A DNA stretch of 64,000 nt, taken from NCBI RefSeq assembly GCF_041248615.1, contig NZ_CP158426.1; one strand, written 5' to 3'. Below are positions 10,536 through 24,175 of the stretch, piece after piece; position 1 is the first letter of the stretch; each line of letters opens with the position of its first letter. The stretch comes from Escherichia coli. GTDB lineage: Bacteria; Pseudomonadota; Gammaproteobacteria; Enterobacterales; Enterobacteriaceae. The notes beneath the pieces were generated by a model that saw only the letters and a program-made list of their open reading frames with translations, did no database searches and was not told the DNA's origin. Both the position numbers and the translations under genes were made by a program.

Positions 10536-11156
10536 ATGAAAACTACGCATACCTCCCTCCCCTTTGTAGGACATACGCTGCATTTTGTTGAGTTTGATCC
10601 GGCGAGTTTTCGCGAGCAGGATTTACTCTGGCTGCCACACTACGCGCAACTGCAACACGCTGGACGTAAACGTAAAACAGAGCATTTAGCCGGACGGATC
10701 GCTGCAGTTTATGCGCTGCGGGAATATGGCTATAAATGTGTGCCCGCAATCGGCGAGCTACGCCAACCTGTGTGGCCTGCGGGGGTATACGGCAGCATTA
10801 GTCACTGTGGGACTACGGCATTAGCCGTGGTATCTCGTCAACCAATTGGCATTGATATCGAAGAGATTTTCTCTGTACAAACCGCAAGAGAATTGACAAA
10901 CAACATTATTACACCAGCAGAACACGAGCGACTCGCAGAATGCGGTTTAACCTTTTCTCTGGCGCTGACACTGGCATTTTCCGCCAAAGAGAGCGCATTT
11001 AAGGCATCGGAGAGACAAACTGATGCAGGATTTCTGGATTATCAGATAATTAGCTTGAATAAACAGCAGATCATCATTCGACTAGAGGATGAGCAGTTTG
11101 CTGTGCACTGGCAGATAAAAGAAAAGATAGTCATAACGCTGTGCCAACACGATTAA
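10536..11156 (+). CDS. entD: Enterobactin synthase phosphopantetheinyl transferase
   Basis: 206 aa from MKTTHTSLPF within the 256-aa track ORF; PPTase motifs GIDIEE and FSAKESAFK. Confidence 0.9.
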   Translation: MKTTHTSLPFVGHTLHFVEFDPASFREQDLLWLPHYAQLQHAGRKRKTEHLAGRIAAVYALREYGYKCVPAIGELRQPVWPAGVYGSISHCGTTALAVVSRQPIGIDIEEIFSVQTARELTNNIITPAEHERLAECGLTFSLALTLAFSAKESAFKASERQTDAGFLDYQIISLNKQQIIIRLEDEQFAVHWQIKEKIVITLCQHD

Positions 11157-11175
11157 TTGACAATACCCGGAGCGA

Positions 11176-11207
11176 TTCGCCCGCAGCCAATGCTGACTGC
11201 GGGCGAA
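11176..11207. terminator. Hairpin (ttcgcccgcag...ctgcgggcgaa) between convergent entD and hok; likely bidirectional terminator
   Basis: Inverted repeat read from sequence; a near-identical hairpin recurs at about 11676-11708 in the second hok copy. Confidence 0.4.
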
Positions 11208-11277
11208 AGTGTAAAGCAGGTGCCTTACTACTCTGACCTGACAACCGGATATGCGGGGATTACTCCCCGCACAACGG

Positions 11278-11430
11278 CTACTTCTTCGGTTCGTAAGCGA
11301 GAACAGCCTTAAACTCAATATTACGTTCCTTCACCGTAAACTCACACAGCGAGTCTCCGACCAGAAGCGTAAATCCCAGCACCGTTAAACACAGCACTAT
11401 GACTGCCACAAGGGCATATTTCGTCAGCAT
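11278..11430 (-). CDS. hokE: Hok-family small membrane toxin (type I toxin-antitoxin), copy 1
   Basis: 50 aa [50 protein letters not shown]; single TM helix plus conserved Hok C-terminus. Confidence 0.85.
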   Translation of the reverse strand: MLTKYALVAVIVLCLTVLGFTLLVGDSLCEFTVKERNIEFKAVLAYEPKK

Positions 11431-11575
11431 GTTTATATTGCCTCCATGCGAAGAAGGGACTACCATCCGAGTTGTTGAGGTTCGGAGTGGCAGCCCCAGG
11501 ATTGATAGAAATATCTCCTGGGGCTTCATCTTTCCAGACCTCAGAGTTAACCTGAAACCGGAAAGCTTCAGGCAC
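11342..11575 (-). CDS. mok-like overlapping reading frame of hok copy 1
   Basis: 77-aa ORF starting upstream of hok and ending inside it in a different frame, as in canonical hok/mok/sok loci. Confidence 0.4.
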   Translation of the reverse strand: MPEAFRFQVNSEVWKDEAPGDISINPGAATPNLNNSDGSPFFAWRQYKHADEICPCGSHSAVFNGAGIYASGRRLAV

Positions 11576-11780
11576 CCGCTGTTATCTTACCCTTCCTTAG
11601 CAAAATAACTGTTTATTTATACAGCAAGTCCTGTTTCGGACTTCTGTTGGCAACACTCGTTATTGCTCGTAAAACGAAATCGCCCGCAGCCATCACTGAC
11701 CACGGGCGAAAGTGTAAAGCAGGTGCCTTACCACCCTGACCTGACAACCGGATATGCGGGGATTACTCCCCGCACAACGG

Positions 11781-11933
11781 CTACTTCTTCGGTTCGTAAG
11801 CGAGAACAGCCTTAAACTCAATATTACGTTCCTTCACCGTAAACTCACACAGCGAGTCTCCGACTAGAAGCGTAAATCCCAGTACCGTCAAACACAGCAC
11901 TATGACTGCCACAAGGGCATATTTCGTCAGCAT
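11781..11933 (-). CDS. hokE: Hok-family small membrane toxin, copy 2 (identical 50-aa protein; in this copy the upstream mok-like frame is fused in frame, track ORF 11781-12077)
   Basis: Same 50-aa Hok sequence; 98-aa extended ORF in track. Confidence 0.85.
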   Translation of the reverse strand: MLTKYALVAVIVLCLTVLGFTLLVGDSLCEFTVKERNIEFKAVLAYEPKK

Positions 11934-12364
11934 GTTTATATTGCCTCCATGCGAAGAAGGGACTACCATCCAAATTGTCTGGTTTGGAGTGGCAGCCCCA
12001 GGGTTGATAGAAATATCTCCTGGGGCTTCATCTTTCCAGACCTCAGAGTTAACCTGAAACCGGAAAGCTTCAGGCACCCGCCGTTATCTTACCCTTCTTC
12101 AGCAAAATAGCTGTTTATTTATACAGTGAGTCCTGTTTCGGACTTCTCACTCCTCATTTGATCAACTGAAGCTGAACCCGTTTTTTTCTGCATGCCTCAA
12201 TCGTCAAAATTCTTCGCCACCAGTCCGCACTGCCATAACTTGTCATATTGCAAAATGTAGCCAATTTGCTTCAGTCACCATCATCAAAAAAAGAAACATT
12301 CCAGAACTTCCGCATCTCGCCCAGTCGCTCCCACTTCTATACTGAATAGAAAACGCCAACATAA

Positions 12365-13492
<1,128 letters not shown>

Positions 13493-13557
13493 GCCGGGAA
13501 TTGCCTTACAGAAGAATATCCCTGACAATGGTGTTTTAACTTACATTTAACAATGTT

Positions 13558-13806
13558 ATGAAACACCCTTTAGAAACCTTGACCACCGCAGCAGGCATTT
13601 TGCTGATGGCTTTCCTTTCTTGCCTGCTGCTACCCGCCCCCGCACTGGGGCTGACGCTGGCACAAAAACTGGTGACCATGTTCCATCTGATGGATCTTAG
13701 CCAGCTTTACACTTTATTGTTTTGTCTGTGGTTTTTAGTGCTGGGCACTATTGAGTATTTTGTTCTGCGCTTTATCTGGCGACGCTGGTTCTCGCTGGCG
13801 GATTAA
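13558..13806 (+). CDS. ybdJ: Small inner membrane protein YbdJ
   Basis: 82 aa, two hydrophobic helices; synteny. Confidence 0.8.
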
Positions 13807-13870
13807 ACGTCGATTATCGCCGTACTTCGCGGCATACTTTGCTTATTCTCCTTCGCCTAAAGGAACGTTT

Positions 13871-14239
13871 ATGGATAAGCAATCACTGCACGAAACGGCG
13901 AAACGCCTGGCCCTTGAGTTACCCTTTGTCGAGCTTTGCTGGCCTTTTGGCCCGGAGTTCGATGTTTTTAAAATTGGCGGCAAGATTTTTATGCTGTCGT
14001 CGGAGCTGCGCGGCGTCCCCTTTATCAATCTGAAGTCCGATCCACAAAAATCCCTGTTAAATCAGCAAATATACCCGAGCATCAAGCCAGGGTATCACAT
14101 GAATAAAAAGCACTGGATTTCAGTGTATCCCGGCGAGGAAATCTCCGAAGCGTTACTTCGCGATCTGATCAACGATTCGTGGAATCTGGTGGTTGATGGT
14201 CTGGCTAAACGCGATCAAAAAAGAGTGCGTCCAGGCTAA
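13871..14239 (+). CDS. ybdF: Conserved protein YbdF
   Basis: 122 aa from [14 protein letters not shown] inside the 162-aa track ORF; synteny. Confidence 0.85.
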
Positions 14240-14332
14240 AGCGGAAATCTATAGCGCATTTTTCTCGCTTACCATTTCTCGTTGAACCTTGTAATCTGCT
14301 GGCACGCAAAATTACTTTCACATGGAGTCTTT

Positions 14333-14986
14333 ATGGATATCATTTCTGTCGCCTTAAAGCGTCATTCCACTAAGGCATTTGATGCCAGCAAAAAACTAAC
14401 CCCGGAACAGGCCGAGCAGATCAAAACTCTCCTGCAATACAGCCCATCCAGCACCAACTCCCAGCCGTGGCATTTTATTGTTGCCAGCACGGAAGAAGGT
14501 AAAGCGCGTGTTGCCAAATCCGCTGCCGGTAATTACGTGTTCAACGAGCGTAAAATGCTTGATGCCTCGCACGTTGTGGTGTTCTGTGCAAAAACCGCGA
14601 TGGACGATGCCTGGCTGAAGCTGGTTGTTGACCAGGAAGATGCCGATGGCCGCTTTGCCACGCCGGAAGCGAAAGCCGCGAACGATAAAGGTCGCAAGTT
14701 CTTCGCCGATATGCACCGTAAAGATCTGCATGATGATGCGCAGTGGATGGCAAAACAGGTTTATCTCAACGTCGGTAACTTCCTGCTCGGCGTGGCGGCT
14801 CTGGGTCTGGACGCGGTACCCATCGAAGGTTTTGACGCCGCCATCCTCGATGAAGAATTTGGTCTGAAAGAGAAAGGCTACACCAGTCTGGTGGTTGTTC
14901 CGGTAGGTCATCACAGCGTTGAAGATTTTAACGCTACGCTGCCGAAATCTCGTCTGCCGCAAAACATCACCTTAACCGAAGTGTAA
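14333..14986 (+). CDS. nfsB: Oxygen-insensitive NAD(P)H nitroreductase
   Basis: 217 aa from [17 protein letters not shown]; nitroreductase family. Confidence 0.95.
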   Translation: MDIISVALKRHSTKAFDASKKLTPEQAEQIKTLLQYSPSSTNSQPWHFIVASTEEGKARVAKSAAGNYVFNERKMLDASHVVVFCAKTAMDDAWLKLVVDQEDADGRFATPEAKAANDKGRKFFADMHRKDLHDDAQWMAKQVYLNVGNFLLGVAALGLDAVPIEGFDAAILDEEFGLKEKGYTSLVVVPVGHHSVEDFNATLPKSRLPQNITLTEV

Positions 14987-15045
14987 TTCTCTCTTGCCGG
15001 GCATCTGCCCGGCTATTTCCCCTCAGATTCTCCTGATTTGCATAA

Positions 15046-16341
<1,296 letters not shown>

Positions 16342-16350
16342 TTAAAAAAA

Positions 16351-16377
16351 CCGCTCTCATCGAATGGATGAGAGCGG
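16351..16377. terminator. Bidirectional rho-independent terminator between convergent ybdG and pheP (ccgctctcatcgaatggatgagagcgg, A-run before and T-rich after)
   Basis: Perfect 11-bp stem hairpin with flanking A/T runs. Confidence 0.6.
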
Positions 16378-16408
16378 ACATCGTTTTGTCGGATGTAGCG
16401 TGAATGCC

Positions 16409-17785
16409 TTATTTCCGACGCAGCGTTTTAAACGCTACAAACAGGAATACAATCCACACTGGCAGCAGAATCGCTGACAAGCGCATATCATCCATCGTGC
16501 ACATCAGCAGCAAAATCATGCCGAGGAAGGCGATGCAGAGATAGTTGCCGAACGGATAGAGCAGCGCCTTAAACTGTGTTTCACGTCCCTGACGTCGCAT
16601 CGCCGCGCGAAAACGCAGATGCGCCAGGCAGATCATAATCCAGTTTAACAGCAGCGTTGCTACCACCAGCGCCATCAGCAGACCAAACGCTTTTTGCGGC
16701 AGCAGATAGTTGATTAACACCACCAGCGAAGTGATGGCTCCGGAAAGCATCAGCGAGTTAATCGGCACGCCGCGACGGCTGACGCGAGTCAAAAACTTCG
16801 GCGCATTACCCTGCACAGAAAGGCCAAACAGCATGCGGCTGTTAGAGTAAACCCCGCTGTTATACACCGATAATGATGCTACCAGAATGACGAAGTTCAG
16901 CGCAGAAGCTACCACGTTGCTGTCGAGATTATGGAAAATCATCACAAAAGGGCTACTGTTGGATTTCACTTCCACCCACGGATAGAGTGCCAGTAAAACC
17001 ACCAGTGAACCGATATAAAACAGCAGGATGCGATACACCACCTGATTCACTGCTTTCGGGATGCTTTTTTCCGGATCGCGCGCTTCAGCCGCAGTAATCC
17101 CAATCAGCTCCAGACCGCCGAAGGAGAACATAATTACCGCCAGCGACAAAATCAGCCCATTCCAGCCGGTGGCGAAGAAACCACCGTAGCGCCAGAGGTT
17201 GTCGATACTGGCTTTCTCGCCGCCGTGCCCAGAAAACAGCAGCCACAGGCCAAAGCCGATCATACCGATGATCGCCAGCACTTTAATCAGCGCAAACCAG
17301 AATTCGGTTTCGCCATATAAGCGCACGTTTACCAGGTTAACGGCGTTGATGATAATAAAGAAGGCGGCAGCCCAAATCCACGTTGGAACATCCGGGAACC
17401 AGTACTGCATATAGATGCCCGCAGCGGTCAGCTCTGCCATTCCCACCAGCACGAACATCACCCAGTAGTTCCAGCCAGAGAGGAAGCCCGCAAACGGTCC
17501 CCAGTATTTATAGGCAAAGTGGGCAAATGAACCGGATACCGGCTCTTCGACCACCATCTCGCCGAGCTGCCGCATAATCAGGAAAGCGATGATCCCGGCG
17601 ACGCCGTAGCCCAGCAATACAGCCGGACCCGCCATCTGAATCGCCGGGCCAATGCCAAGAAACAGACCAGTACCAATTGCGCCACCCAGCGCAATCAGTT
17701 GAATATGACGGTTATGTAATCCGCGATGAAGCGTCGGCTCTTGATTCGACGCAGTATCTTCCGATACGGTTGACGCGTTTTTCAC
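16409..17785 (-). CDS. pheP: Phenylalanine-specific APC-family permease
   Basis: 458 aa from a GTG start (VKNASTVSEDTASNQ); 12-TM amino acid permease. Confidence 0.95.
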   Translation of the reverse strand: MKNASTVSEDTASNQEPTLHRGLHNRHIQLIALGGAIGTGLFLGIGPAIQMAGPAVLLGYGVAGIIAFLIMRQLGEMVVEEPVSGSFAHFAYKYWGPFAGFLSGWNYWVMFVLVGMAELTAAGIYMQYWFPDVPTWIWAAAFFIIINAVNLVNVRLYGETEFWFALIKVLAIIGMIGFGLWLLFSGHGGEKASIDNLWRYGGFFATGWNGLILSLAVIMFSFGGLELIGITAAEARDPEKSIPKAVNQVVYRILLFYIGSLVVLLALYPWVEVKSNSSPFVMIFHNLDSNVVASALNFVILVASLSVYNSGVYSNSRMLFGLSVQGNAPKFLTRVSRRGVPINSLMLSGAITSLVVLINYLLPQKAFGLLMALVVATLLLNWIMICLAHLRFRAAMRRQGRETQFKALLYPFGNYLCIAFLGMILLLMCTMDDMRLSAILLPVWIVFLFVAFKTLRRK

Positions 17786-17886
17786 GCCTTTCCCCTGTGT
17801 GTCTTTTTTGTTGAGGGGCACCTTTTAACATTTAGTGCCCATCGTCGCAAGACACAATCCACACGGTTAAACCGGGTATCCTGCTT

Positions 17887-20800
17887 TTATTTCCGTACCC
17901 GATGTCGGTGCAGCCACATCAGCTTATATGCCGCCGGGATAATAAACAGCGATAGCAAAGGCGCGGTGATCATGCCGCCAATCATCGGCGCGGCAATCCG
18001 GCTCATCACCTCTGAACCTGCTCCCGTTCCCCACAGAATCGGCAGCAGACCAGCGATAATCACCGCCACCGTCATCGCTTTCGGGCGCACGCGCAGGACC
18101 GCGCCGTGATACAACGCCTCATCCAGCTTCTGCTCGCTGAATGTTTGCGGATTATTCAACGACGGCTCGGCCTCTATGGCGTGACGTAAATACATCAGCA
18201 TCACCACGCCAAATTCGGCGGCAACCCCGGCGAGGGCAATAAAACCGGTGCCCGTCGCCACGGAAAGATGAAAGCCCATCCACCACAGCAACCAGATGCC
18301 GCCCACCAGCGCAAACGGTACGCTGCTGATAATCAGCAACGCTTCGCCCACCCGACGGAACGCCAGATATAACAGCACGAAGATGATCATCAGCGTCATC
18401 GGCACCATGAGTTTCAGCTTATGGTTGGCGCGTTCCAGTAGCTCGAACTGCCCGGAGAATGCCACGCTGGTGCCCGGTTTTAACTGTACTTTTTCAGCTA
18501 TCGCTTTTTGCAGATCGTGAACCACCGACACCATGTCACGATCGCGGGCATCGATATAAATCCAGCTCGTCGGGCGCGCATTCTCGGTTTTCAGCATCGA
18601 CGGTCCGGTAGAGACTTTAACGTCAGCCACGTCTGCCAGGGTGATTTGCTGCTTCATCGGCGTCAGAATCGGCAACTGGCGCAGCGCCTGCGGACTATCG
18701 CGCCAGCTTTGCGGATAACGCAGATTAATTGGATAACGGGCAATCCCTTCCACCGTTTCGCCAACCATCGCCCCGCCCACCGCAGATGTCACAAACAATT
18801 GCACATCCGCCACCGTCATACCGTAACGCGCGGCTTTTTCACGGTTAATCTCAACGTTGATATAGCGCCCACCTTCCAGACGCTCGGCAAGCGCAGAAGC
18901 TACGCCTGGCACCGTTCGCGCCACTTCTTCAATTTGCTCCGCCATCGCGTCGATATCCGCCAGCACAGTGCCGGAAACTTTAATGCCGATGGGGCTTTTA
19001 ATGCCGGTTGAGAGCATATCGATACGGTTACGAATTGGCGGCACCCACAGATTCGCCAGCCCCGGCAGACGCACGGCGTTATCCAGTTCCTCAATGATTT
19101 TGTCCATCGTCATGCCTGGCCGCCACTGATCCTGCGGCTTAAGCTGGATGGTCGTTTCTACCATCTCCAGCGGAGCAGAATCGGTGGCGGTTTCCGCTTT
19201 CCCGGTTTTGCCAAATACCCGCGCCACTTCAGGTACGCTCATAATCAGCTTGTCGGTTTTTTGCAGCATACTCGCCGCCTCTGCTGCGGAAATCCCCGGC
19301 AGCGTCGATGGCATATACAACAAGTCGCCTTCATTGATCTGCGGTAAAAATTCCCCGCCAACTTTATTGAGCGGCCAGAGAACCGTCAGCACCGAAAGCG
19401 CCGCCACCAGCAGCGTGGTTTTCGGCCAGTGCAGTACTTTCAGCAACAGCGGATGATAAACACGAATCAAAAAGCGATTGAGCGGGTTACTGCTTTCCGG
19501 CGGAATTTTGCCACGGATCCAGTAGCCCATCAGGATAGGGATCACTACGATCGCCAGCAGCGCCGCACCCGCCATCGCATACGTTTTGGTGAACGCCAGC
19601 GGGCCAAACAGACGCCCTTCCTGCCCTTCCAGGGTGAAGATCGGGATAAACGACAACGTGATAATCAGCAGACTGATAAACAGCGCCGGCCCCACTTCAA
19701 CAGACGCATCGGTAATCACCTGCCAGCGCGTTTTATTATCCAGCGTGGCGTCAGGATGCTGGTGCTGCCACTCTTCCAGCCGTTTATGCGCATTCTCGAT
19801 CATGACGATAGCGGCATCGACCATCGCCCCGACGGCAATCGCAATGCCGCCCAGCGACATAATATTGGCGTTCAGTCCCTGAAAGTGCATGACAATAAAA
19901 GCAATACACAACCCCAGCGGCAACGAAATAATCGCCACCAGCGCCGAGCGCACATGCCAGAGAAACAGCGCACAGACTACCGCCACCACAATAAACTCTT
20001 CCAGCAACTTGCCGCTGAGGTTGTCGATGGCGCGGTCAATGAGCTGGCTGCGATCGTATGTTGTAACTATCTCCACGCCTTCCGGCAGACTGCTTTTCAG
20101 CGTTTCCAGTTTGTCCTTCACGGCGGCGATCACTTCACGGGCGTTTTTGCCGGAGCGCAGGATCACCACTCCGCCCGCCACTTCGCCTTCGCCGTTCAGT
20201 TCGGCAATGCCCCGGCGCATCTCCGGGCCAATCTGGACCTTCGCAACATCACGCAGATAAACGGGCACGCCATTTTCACTGGCTTTTAAAACGATGTGAT
20301 TAAAGTCGTCGAGCGTTTGCAGATAGCCGCTGGCGCGCACCATATATTCCGCTTCCGCCAGTTCGATCGACGAACCGCCCGCTTCCTGGTTTGAAGCATC
20401 CAGCGCGCTTTTTACTTCGGCGAGACTGATGCCATATTGCGCCAGGCGCTGAGGATCGATAACCACCTGATACTCTTTCACCACACCGCCTACCGACGCC
20501 ACTTCCGCAACGTCAGGGATGGTTTTTAGCTCATATTTGAGAAACCAGTCCTGCAATGAGCGTAAATCGGCCAGATCGTGCTTACCGCTGCGATCCACCA
20601 GTGCATATTCATAGATCCAGCCAACACCCGTGGCATCTGGCCCCAGCTCGGCGCTGACTCCCGCAGGCAGCTTACCCTGTACCTGGTTGAGGTACTCCAG
20701 CACCCGCGAGCGCGCCCAGTATGGATCGGTGCCATCTTCGAAAATGACATACACATAAGAGTCGCCAAACTGCGAGAAACCGCGCACAATCTTCGCGCCA

Positions 20801-21030
20801 GGCACCGACAACATGGTGGTAGTTAGCGGATAAGTCACCTGATTTTCAACGAGTTGCGGTGCCTGACCGGGATAGCTGGTTTTAATAATCACCTGTACAT
20901 CAGAGAGATCCGGCAGTGCATCCACTGGCGTGTTAATGATGGTCCAGGTGCCCCAGATACTCAGAAACAACGCGCCCATCAGCACCAGAAAACGGTTCGC
21001 CACCGAGCGACGAATAATCCATTCAATCAT
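17887..21030 (-). CDS. cusA: Copper/silver efflux RND inner membrane transporter
   Basis: 1047 aa RND permease. Confidence 0.97.
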   Translation of the reverse strand: MIEWIIRRSVANRFLVLMGALFLSIWGTWTIINTPVDALPDLSDVQVIIKTSYPGQAPQLVENQVTYPLTTTMLSVPGAKIVRGFSQFGDSYVYVIFEDGTDPYWARSRVLEYLNQVQGKLPAGVSAELGPDATGVGWIYEYALVDRSGKHDLADLRSLQDWFLKYELKTIPDVAEVASVGGVVKEYQVVIDPQRLAQYGISLAEVKSALDASNQEAGGSSIELAEAEYMVRASGYLQTLDDFNHIVLKASENGVPVYLRDVAKVQIGPEMRRGIAELNGEGEVAGGVVILRSGKNAREVIAAVKDKLETLKSSLPEGVEIVTTYDRSQLIDRAIDNLSGKLLEEFIVVAVVCALFLWHVRSALVAIISLPLGLCIAFIVMHFQGLNANIMSLGGIAIAVGAMVDAAIVMIENAHKRLEEWQHQHPDATLDNKTRWQVITDASVEVGPALFISLLIITLSFIPIFTLEGQEGRLFGPLAFTKTYAMAGAALLAIVVIPILMGYWIRGKIPPESSNPLNRFLIRVYHPLLLKVLHWPKTTLLVAALSVLTVLWPLNKVGGEFLPQINEGDLLYMPSTLPGISAAEAASMLQKTDKLIMSVPEVARVFGKTGKAETATDSAPLEMVETTIQLKPQDQWRPGMTMDKIIEELDNAVRLPGLANLWVPPIRNRIDMLSTGIKSPIGIKVSGTVLADIDAMAEQIEEVARTVPGVASALAERLEGGRYINVEINREKAARYGMTVADVQLFVTSAVGGAMVGETVEGIARYPINLRYPQSWRDSPQALRQLPILTPMKQQITLADVADVKVSTGPSMLKTENARPTSWIYIDARDRDMVSVVHDLQKAIAEKVQLKPGTSVAFSGQFELLERANHKLKLMVPMTLMIIFVLLYLAFRRVGEALLIISSVPFALVGGIWLLWWMGFHLSVATGTGFIALAGVAAEFGVVMLMYLRHAIEAEPSLNNPQTFSEQKLDEALYHGAVLRVRPKAMTVAVIIAGLLPILWGTGAGSEVMSRIAAPMIGGMITAPLLSLFIIPAAYKLMWLHRHRVRK

Positions 21031-21041
21031 TGGCTATTCCC

Positions 21042-22265
21042 TCAATGCGCATGGGTAGCACTTTCAGAGCGCATCCGCTCCAGTGCGCCAGAAATATTGG
21101 CTTCAGAATCAATCAGGAACAGGCCGCTGGAAACCACCTTTTCACCTTCCGCCAGACCAGAGCGTAACGCGGTGACGCCTTGCGATGCCTGGAAAACGGC
21201 AACGCGTTTCGGTACAAAGCGTCCGTCGGCATCAACGGTAATCACCCGCTGTTCGTTGCCGGTATCAATCAGCGCTTGTGACGGAATGAGCAGCATCGGT
21301 TCGCTGGCGGTGTTGAGTTGCAACCAGGCGTTCATTCCCGGCTTTAGCGCCTCGTCGGTGTTGTCGACTTCCAGGCGCAGCTGCAGCGTGCGGGTTGCGG
21401 CATCCACGCCGGGTAGCAGCGTCCATTTGCGGATGGTGAGTGTTTTATCAGGTCGTGCCGGAACGGTGAGCGTAAACTGCGAGGCATCTTTCACCAGCCA
21501 GGCGATGGACTCCGGGATCGCGGCAGTGATCCACACCGGATCCATACCCTGAATTTTCGCGACCACGTTATCTTTGGCGATATTCATTCCCGCGCGCAGA
21601 TCAAACGCGGTGATCACGCCATCAATGGGCGCTTTGAGCGTAAAGCGAGTCTGTATTTTTTGCGTGGCGATCAGGCGGCGAATATCCGCCTCCGGCATTC
21701 CCGCCAGTCTCAGCCGCTCAAGAATGCCTTCAGTCTGGGTCGCCGTACCGCCGGTTTCACGCAGCAGTAAATACTCACTCTGCGCTTCCACCCAGTCAGG
21801 AATGGTCAGGTCGAGAAGCGGTGTGCCCTTTTGTACTTTATCGCCCACGGTAAGCGGATACACCTTGTCGATAAACCCGGCAGCGCGAGCCTGCACAATG
21901 GCATACTGATACTCGTTGTAACTGACATTCGCCGGGAAACTCTGGGCAAAAGTCAGCGGTCCGCGCGTGACGGTAGCCGTTTTCACCCCCAGATTCTGCG
22001 TCTGAGTCGGGTCAATGCGCACACCAGACGCAGAACTCTCTTCATCGGCATATTTCGGCACCAGATCCATATCCATAAACGGCGATTTACCTGGTTTATC
22101 GAACCGCGTATTGGGATACATCGGGTCGTACCAGAATAAGATTTTACGTTCTGCGGTCGACGTTTTTTCTGCGGGTGGTTCCGCCTTTGCAAACCAGGTA
22201 AAACCTGCCGCAGAAATAATACCGCCCGCGATCATGCTGCCGATAATAAGCGCGATTTTTTTCAT
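21042..22265 (-). CDS. cusB: Copper/silver efflux membrane fusion protein
   Basis: 407 aa, periplasmic adaptor. Confidence 0.95.
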   Translation of the reverse strand: MKKIALIIGSMIAGGIISAAGFTWFAKAEPPAEKTSTAERKILFWYDPMYPNTRFDKPGKSPFMDMDLVPKYADEESSASGVRIDPTQTQNLGVKTATVTRGPLTFAQSFPANVSYNEYQYAIVQARAAGFIDKVYPLTVGDKVQKGTPLLDLTIPDWVEAQSEYLLLRETGGTATQTEGILERLRLAGMPEADIRRLIATQKIQTRFTLKAPIDGVITAFDLRAGMNIAKDNVVAKIQGMDPVWITAAIPESIAWLVKDASQFTLTVPARPDKTLTIRKWTLLPGVDAATRTLQLRLEVDNTDEALKPGMNAWLQLNTASEPMLLIPSQALIDTGNEQRVITVDADGRFVPKRVAVFQASQGVTALRSGLAEGEKVVSSGLFLIDSEANISGALERMRSESATHAH

Positions 22266-22280
22266 CTCATTAAACCTGGG

Positions 22281-22613
22281 TTACTGGCTGACTTTAATAT
22301 CCTGTAATAAAGAAAGGTTGCCCTGCTGGACAAAATTAAACGCCACTTTGTCGCCAGTTTTAATTTCACTCATTTTCGTCTGCGGAGTGATGGTAAAGCG
22401 CATGGTCATCTCCGGCCAGTTCACGGCAGCAATCGGATCGTGATGGATGGTGATTTTTTTGCTTTCCAGATCAATACCCTTTACCACGCCAGTGGCGCTA
22501 ATAACCTGTGGTTTTGCTTCGCTCATGGTTTCATGATGATGTTCGTTAGCCTGGGCATTAAAGCCAATAACGGTAAACAGACTGAACATTGCGACTTGCA
22601 GTGCTTTTTTCAT
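22281..22613 (-). CDS. cusF: Periplasmic copper/silver metallochaperone
   Basis: 110 aa with signal peptide. Confidence 0.93.
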   Translation of the reverse strand: MKKALQVAMFSLFTVIGFNAQANEHHHETMSEAKPQVISATGVVKGIDLESKKITIHHDPIAAVNWPEMTMRFTITPQTKMSEIKTGDKVAFNFVQQGNLSLLQDIKVSQ

Positions 22614-22636
22614 TTATTCTCTCCTGGAGTTAAAAA

Positions 22637-24019
22637 TTATTGCTGCCAACCGCCCCCTAAGGCGGTATACAAAGAAATTTCGTTAACCTGACGGGCATAA
22701 TTCAGGTCGAGTAAAGTTTGTCGGGTTGCAAATAAAGAACGCTCGGCATCCAGCACTTCCAGATAACTTACCGCGCCGTGCTGATATAATGCCCGCGCCC
22801 GTTGCAAAGTAATTTGCAGCGACGCCAGATAACGCTGCTGGGCGCTGATTTGATCGTTCAGGCTTTGACGTAATGCCAGCGCATCTGCCACTTCTTTAAA
22901 GGCGTTCTGGATTTTCTGTTCATAATTCACTACCGACTGCTGCTGGCGAATTTCGGCGATATCCAGATTGGCCTGGTTGCGTCCGGCATTAAAAATGGGG
23001 ATCTCAATTTTAGGAATAAAATTCCACATCCCGCTGCTAGCGTTAAATAATGAAGACAGATCGCTGCTGGCGGTTGATATTCCGCTGGTCAGGCTGATAG
23101 ACGGGAAAAATGCCGCACGCGCAGCGCCAATATTGGCATTAGCCGCCATTAACGCGTGTTCAGCTTCCATAATATCCGGGCGCTGCAATAAGATTTGCGA
23201 CGACAATCCCGCCGGTAATTTAACGCTTTGCAGGCTGTCGCTGTTTACTGTCTGCGCTTGCGGCAGCTTGCCGTAGCTTCCCAATAACAGTTGCAATGCA
23301 TTATTCGCCTGCGCCAGTTCCCCCTGACGTTTAGCGATGTCGCTGCGGGTACTTTCAATCACCCCGCGAGCCTGTTCCAGCGCCAGAACATTGCTGCTAC
23401 CGGTCAACAGTTGTTTTTCGACAAACGCATATGACTGCTGATAATTACGCAGCGTTTCTTCGGCTATTTGCAATTGCGCATACGCCAGCTGCTGATTGAA
23501 ATAGCTTTGCGCGACATTAGAAACCAGCAGAATATGCACCGCGCGCTGGGCTTCCTCAGTGGCTAAATAATTTTGGCGCTCGGCTTCGCTCATGTTCTTT
23601 AAGCGACCGAAAAAATCGAGATCAAAGCTGGCGTTAAGGCCAGTCGAGAACTCCCGCATCGTGGCTGAATCGCCTTTAAGATTGCCGCTCCAGCTGCCGC
23701 TGCCCTCGCCATTGAGCTGTGGGTAGCGGTCGGCATCGGTCAGACGATATTGCGCCCGCGCTTCCTGCACTTTCAGCGTCGCCATGCGCAAATCCCGGTT
23801 ATTCACCAGCGCCTCGCTAATCAGCGTCTTCACCTGATTATCAACAAAAAAGGTGCGCCAGCCCGCGTTCTGGTAGTTATCTGCTGCGTTAACCAGGCCG
23901 TTCTGGTTGAGTGAGAACTGCTGCGGCACGGGCATTGCCGGGCGCTGATAAACCGGTGCTAGTGAACAACCGGTTAGCGCAAGGGCCACACAAAATGGCA
24001 GAAGTTTACAAGAAAACAT
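22637..24019 (-). CDS. cusC: Copper/silver efflux outer membrane factor lipoprotein
   Basis: 460 aa, lipobox LTGCS, TolC-like. Confidence 0.95.
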   Translation of the reverse strand: MFSCKLLPFCVALALTGCSLAPVYQRPAMPVPQQFSLNQNGLVNAADNYQNAGWRTFFVDNQVKTLISEALVNNRDLRMATLKVQEARAQYRLTDADRYPQLNGEGSGSWSGNLKGDSATMREFSTGLNASFDLDFFGRLKNMSEAERQNYLATEEAQRAVHILLVSNVAQSYFNQQLAYAQLQIAEETLRNYQQSYAFVEKQLLTGSSNVLALEQARGVIESTRSDIAKRQGELAQANNALQLLLGSYGKLPQAQTVNSDSLQSVKLPAGLSSQILLQRPDIMEAEHALMAANANIGAARAAFFPSISLTSGISTASSDLSSLFNASSGMWNFIPKIEIPIFNAGRNQANLDIAEIRQQQSVVNYEQKIQNAFKEVADALALRQSLNDQISAQQRYLASLQITLQRARALYQHGAVSYLEVLDAERSLFATRQTLLDLNYARQVNEISLYTALGGGWQQ

Positions 24020-24088
24020 AGGCTCATAATTTCTGGTGATTTTATGCCGCCAACTTTACTCGCCAGGCTCTGATTTTCCGGTGACAGG

Positions 24089-24110
24089 AAAATGACAAAA
24101 TTGTCATTTT
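24089..24110. promoter_or_regulatory. CusR box palindrome AAAATGACAAAATTGTCATTTT in the divergent cusC/cusR promoter
   Basis: Perfect inverted repeat matching the known CusR/copper-box consensus. Confidence 0.7.
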
Positions 24111-24175
24111 GCCAATAAGCGATTGCCATCTGATCCCGCTACTCTAGAATTGCCCGGGCAACATGCGGAGGAAAT

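Larger units (their letters stand above)
11165..12140. repeat. Tandem direct duplication (two units of about 500 bp) of a complete hok-type locus
   Basis: Near-identical sequence at 11176-11640 and 11676-12140, including hairpin, hok ORF and upstream leader. Confidence 0.8.

Noticed and set aside
11399-11608. 69-aa plus-strand ORF opposite the hok leader
   Set aside because: Lies where an antisense Sok-like RNA would be expected; the plus-strand signal there is more plausibly a small RNA than a protein.
19429-20289. 286-aa plus-strand ORF antisense to cusA (and neighbouring 100-170 aa antisense ORFs)
   Set aside because: Antisense to the intact 1047-aa cusA; translation is Arg/His/Gln-rich and non-protein-like.
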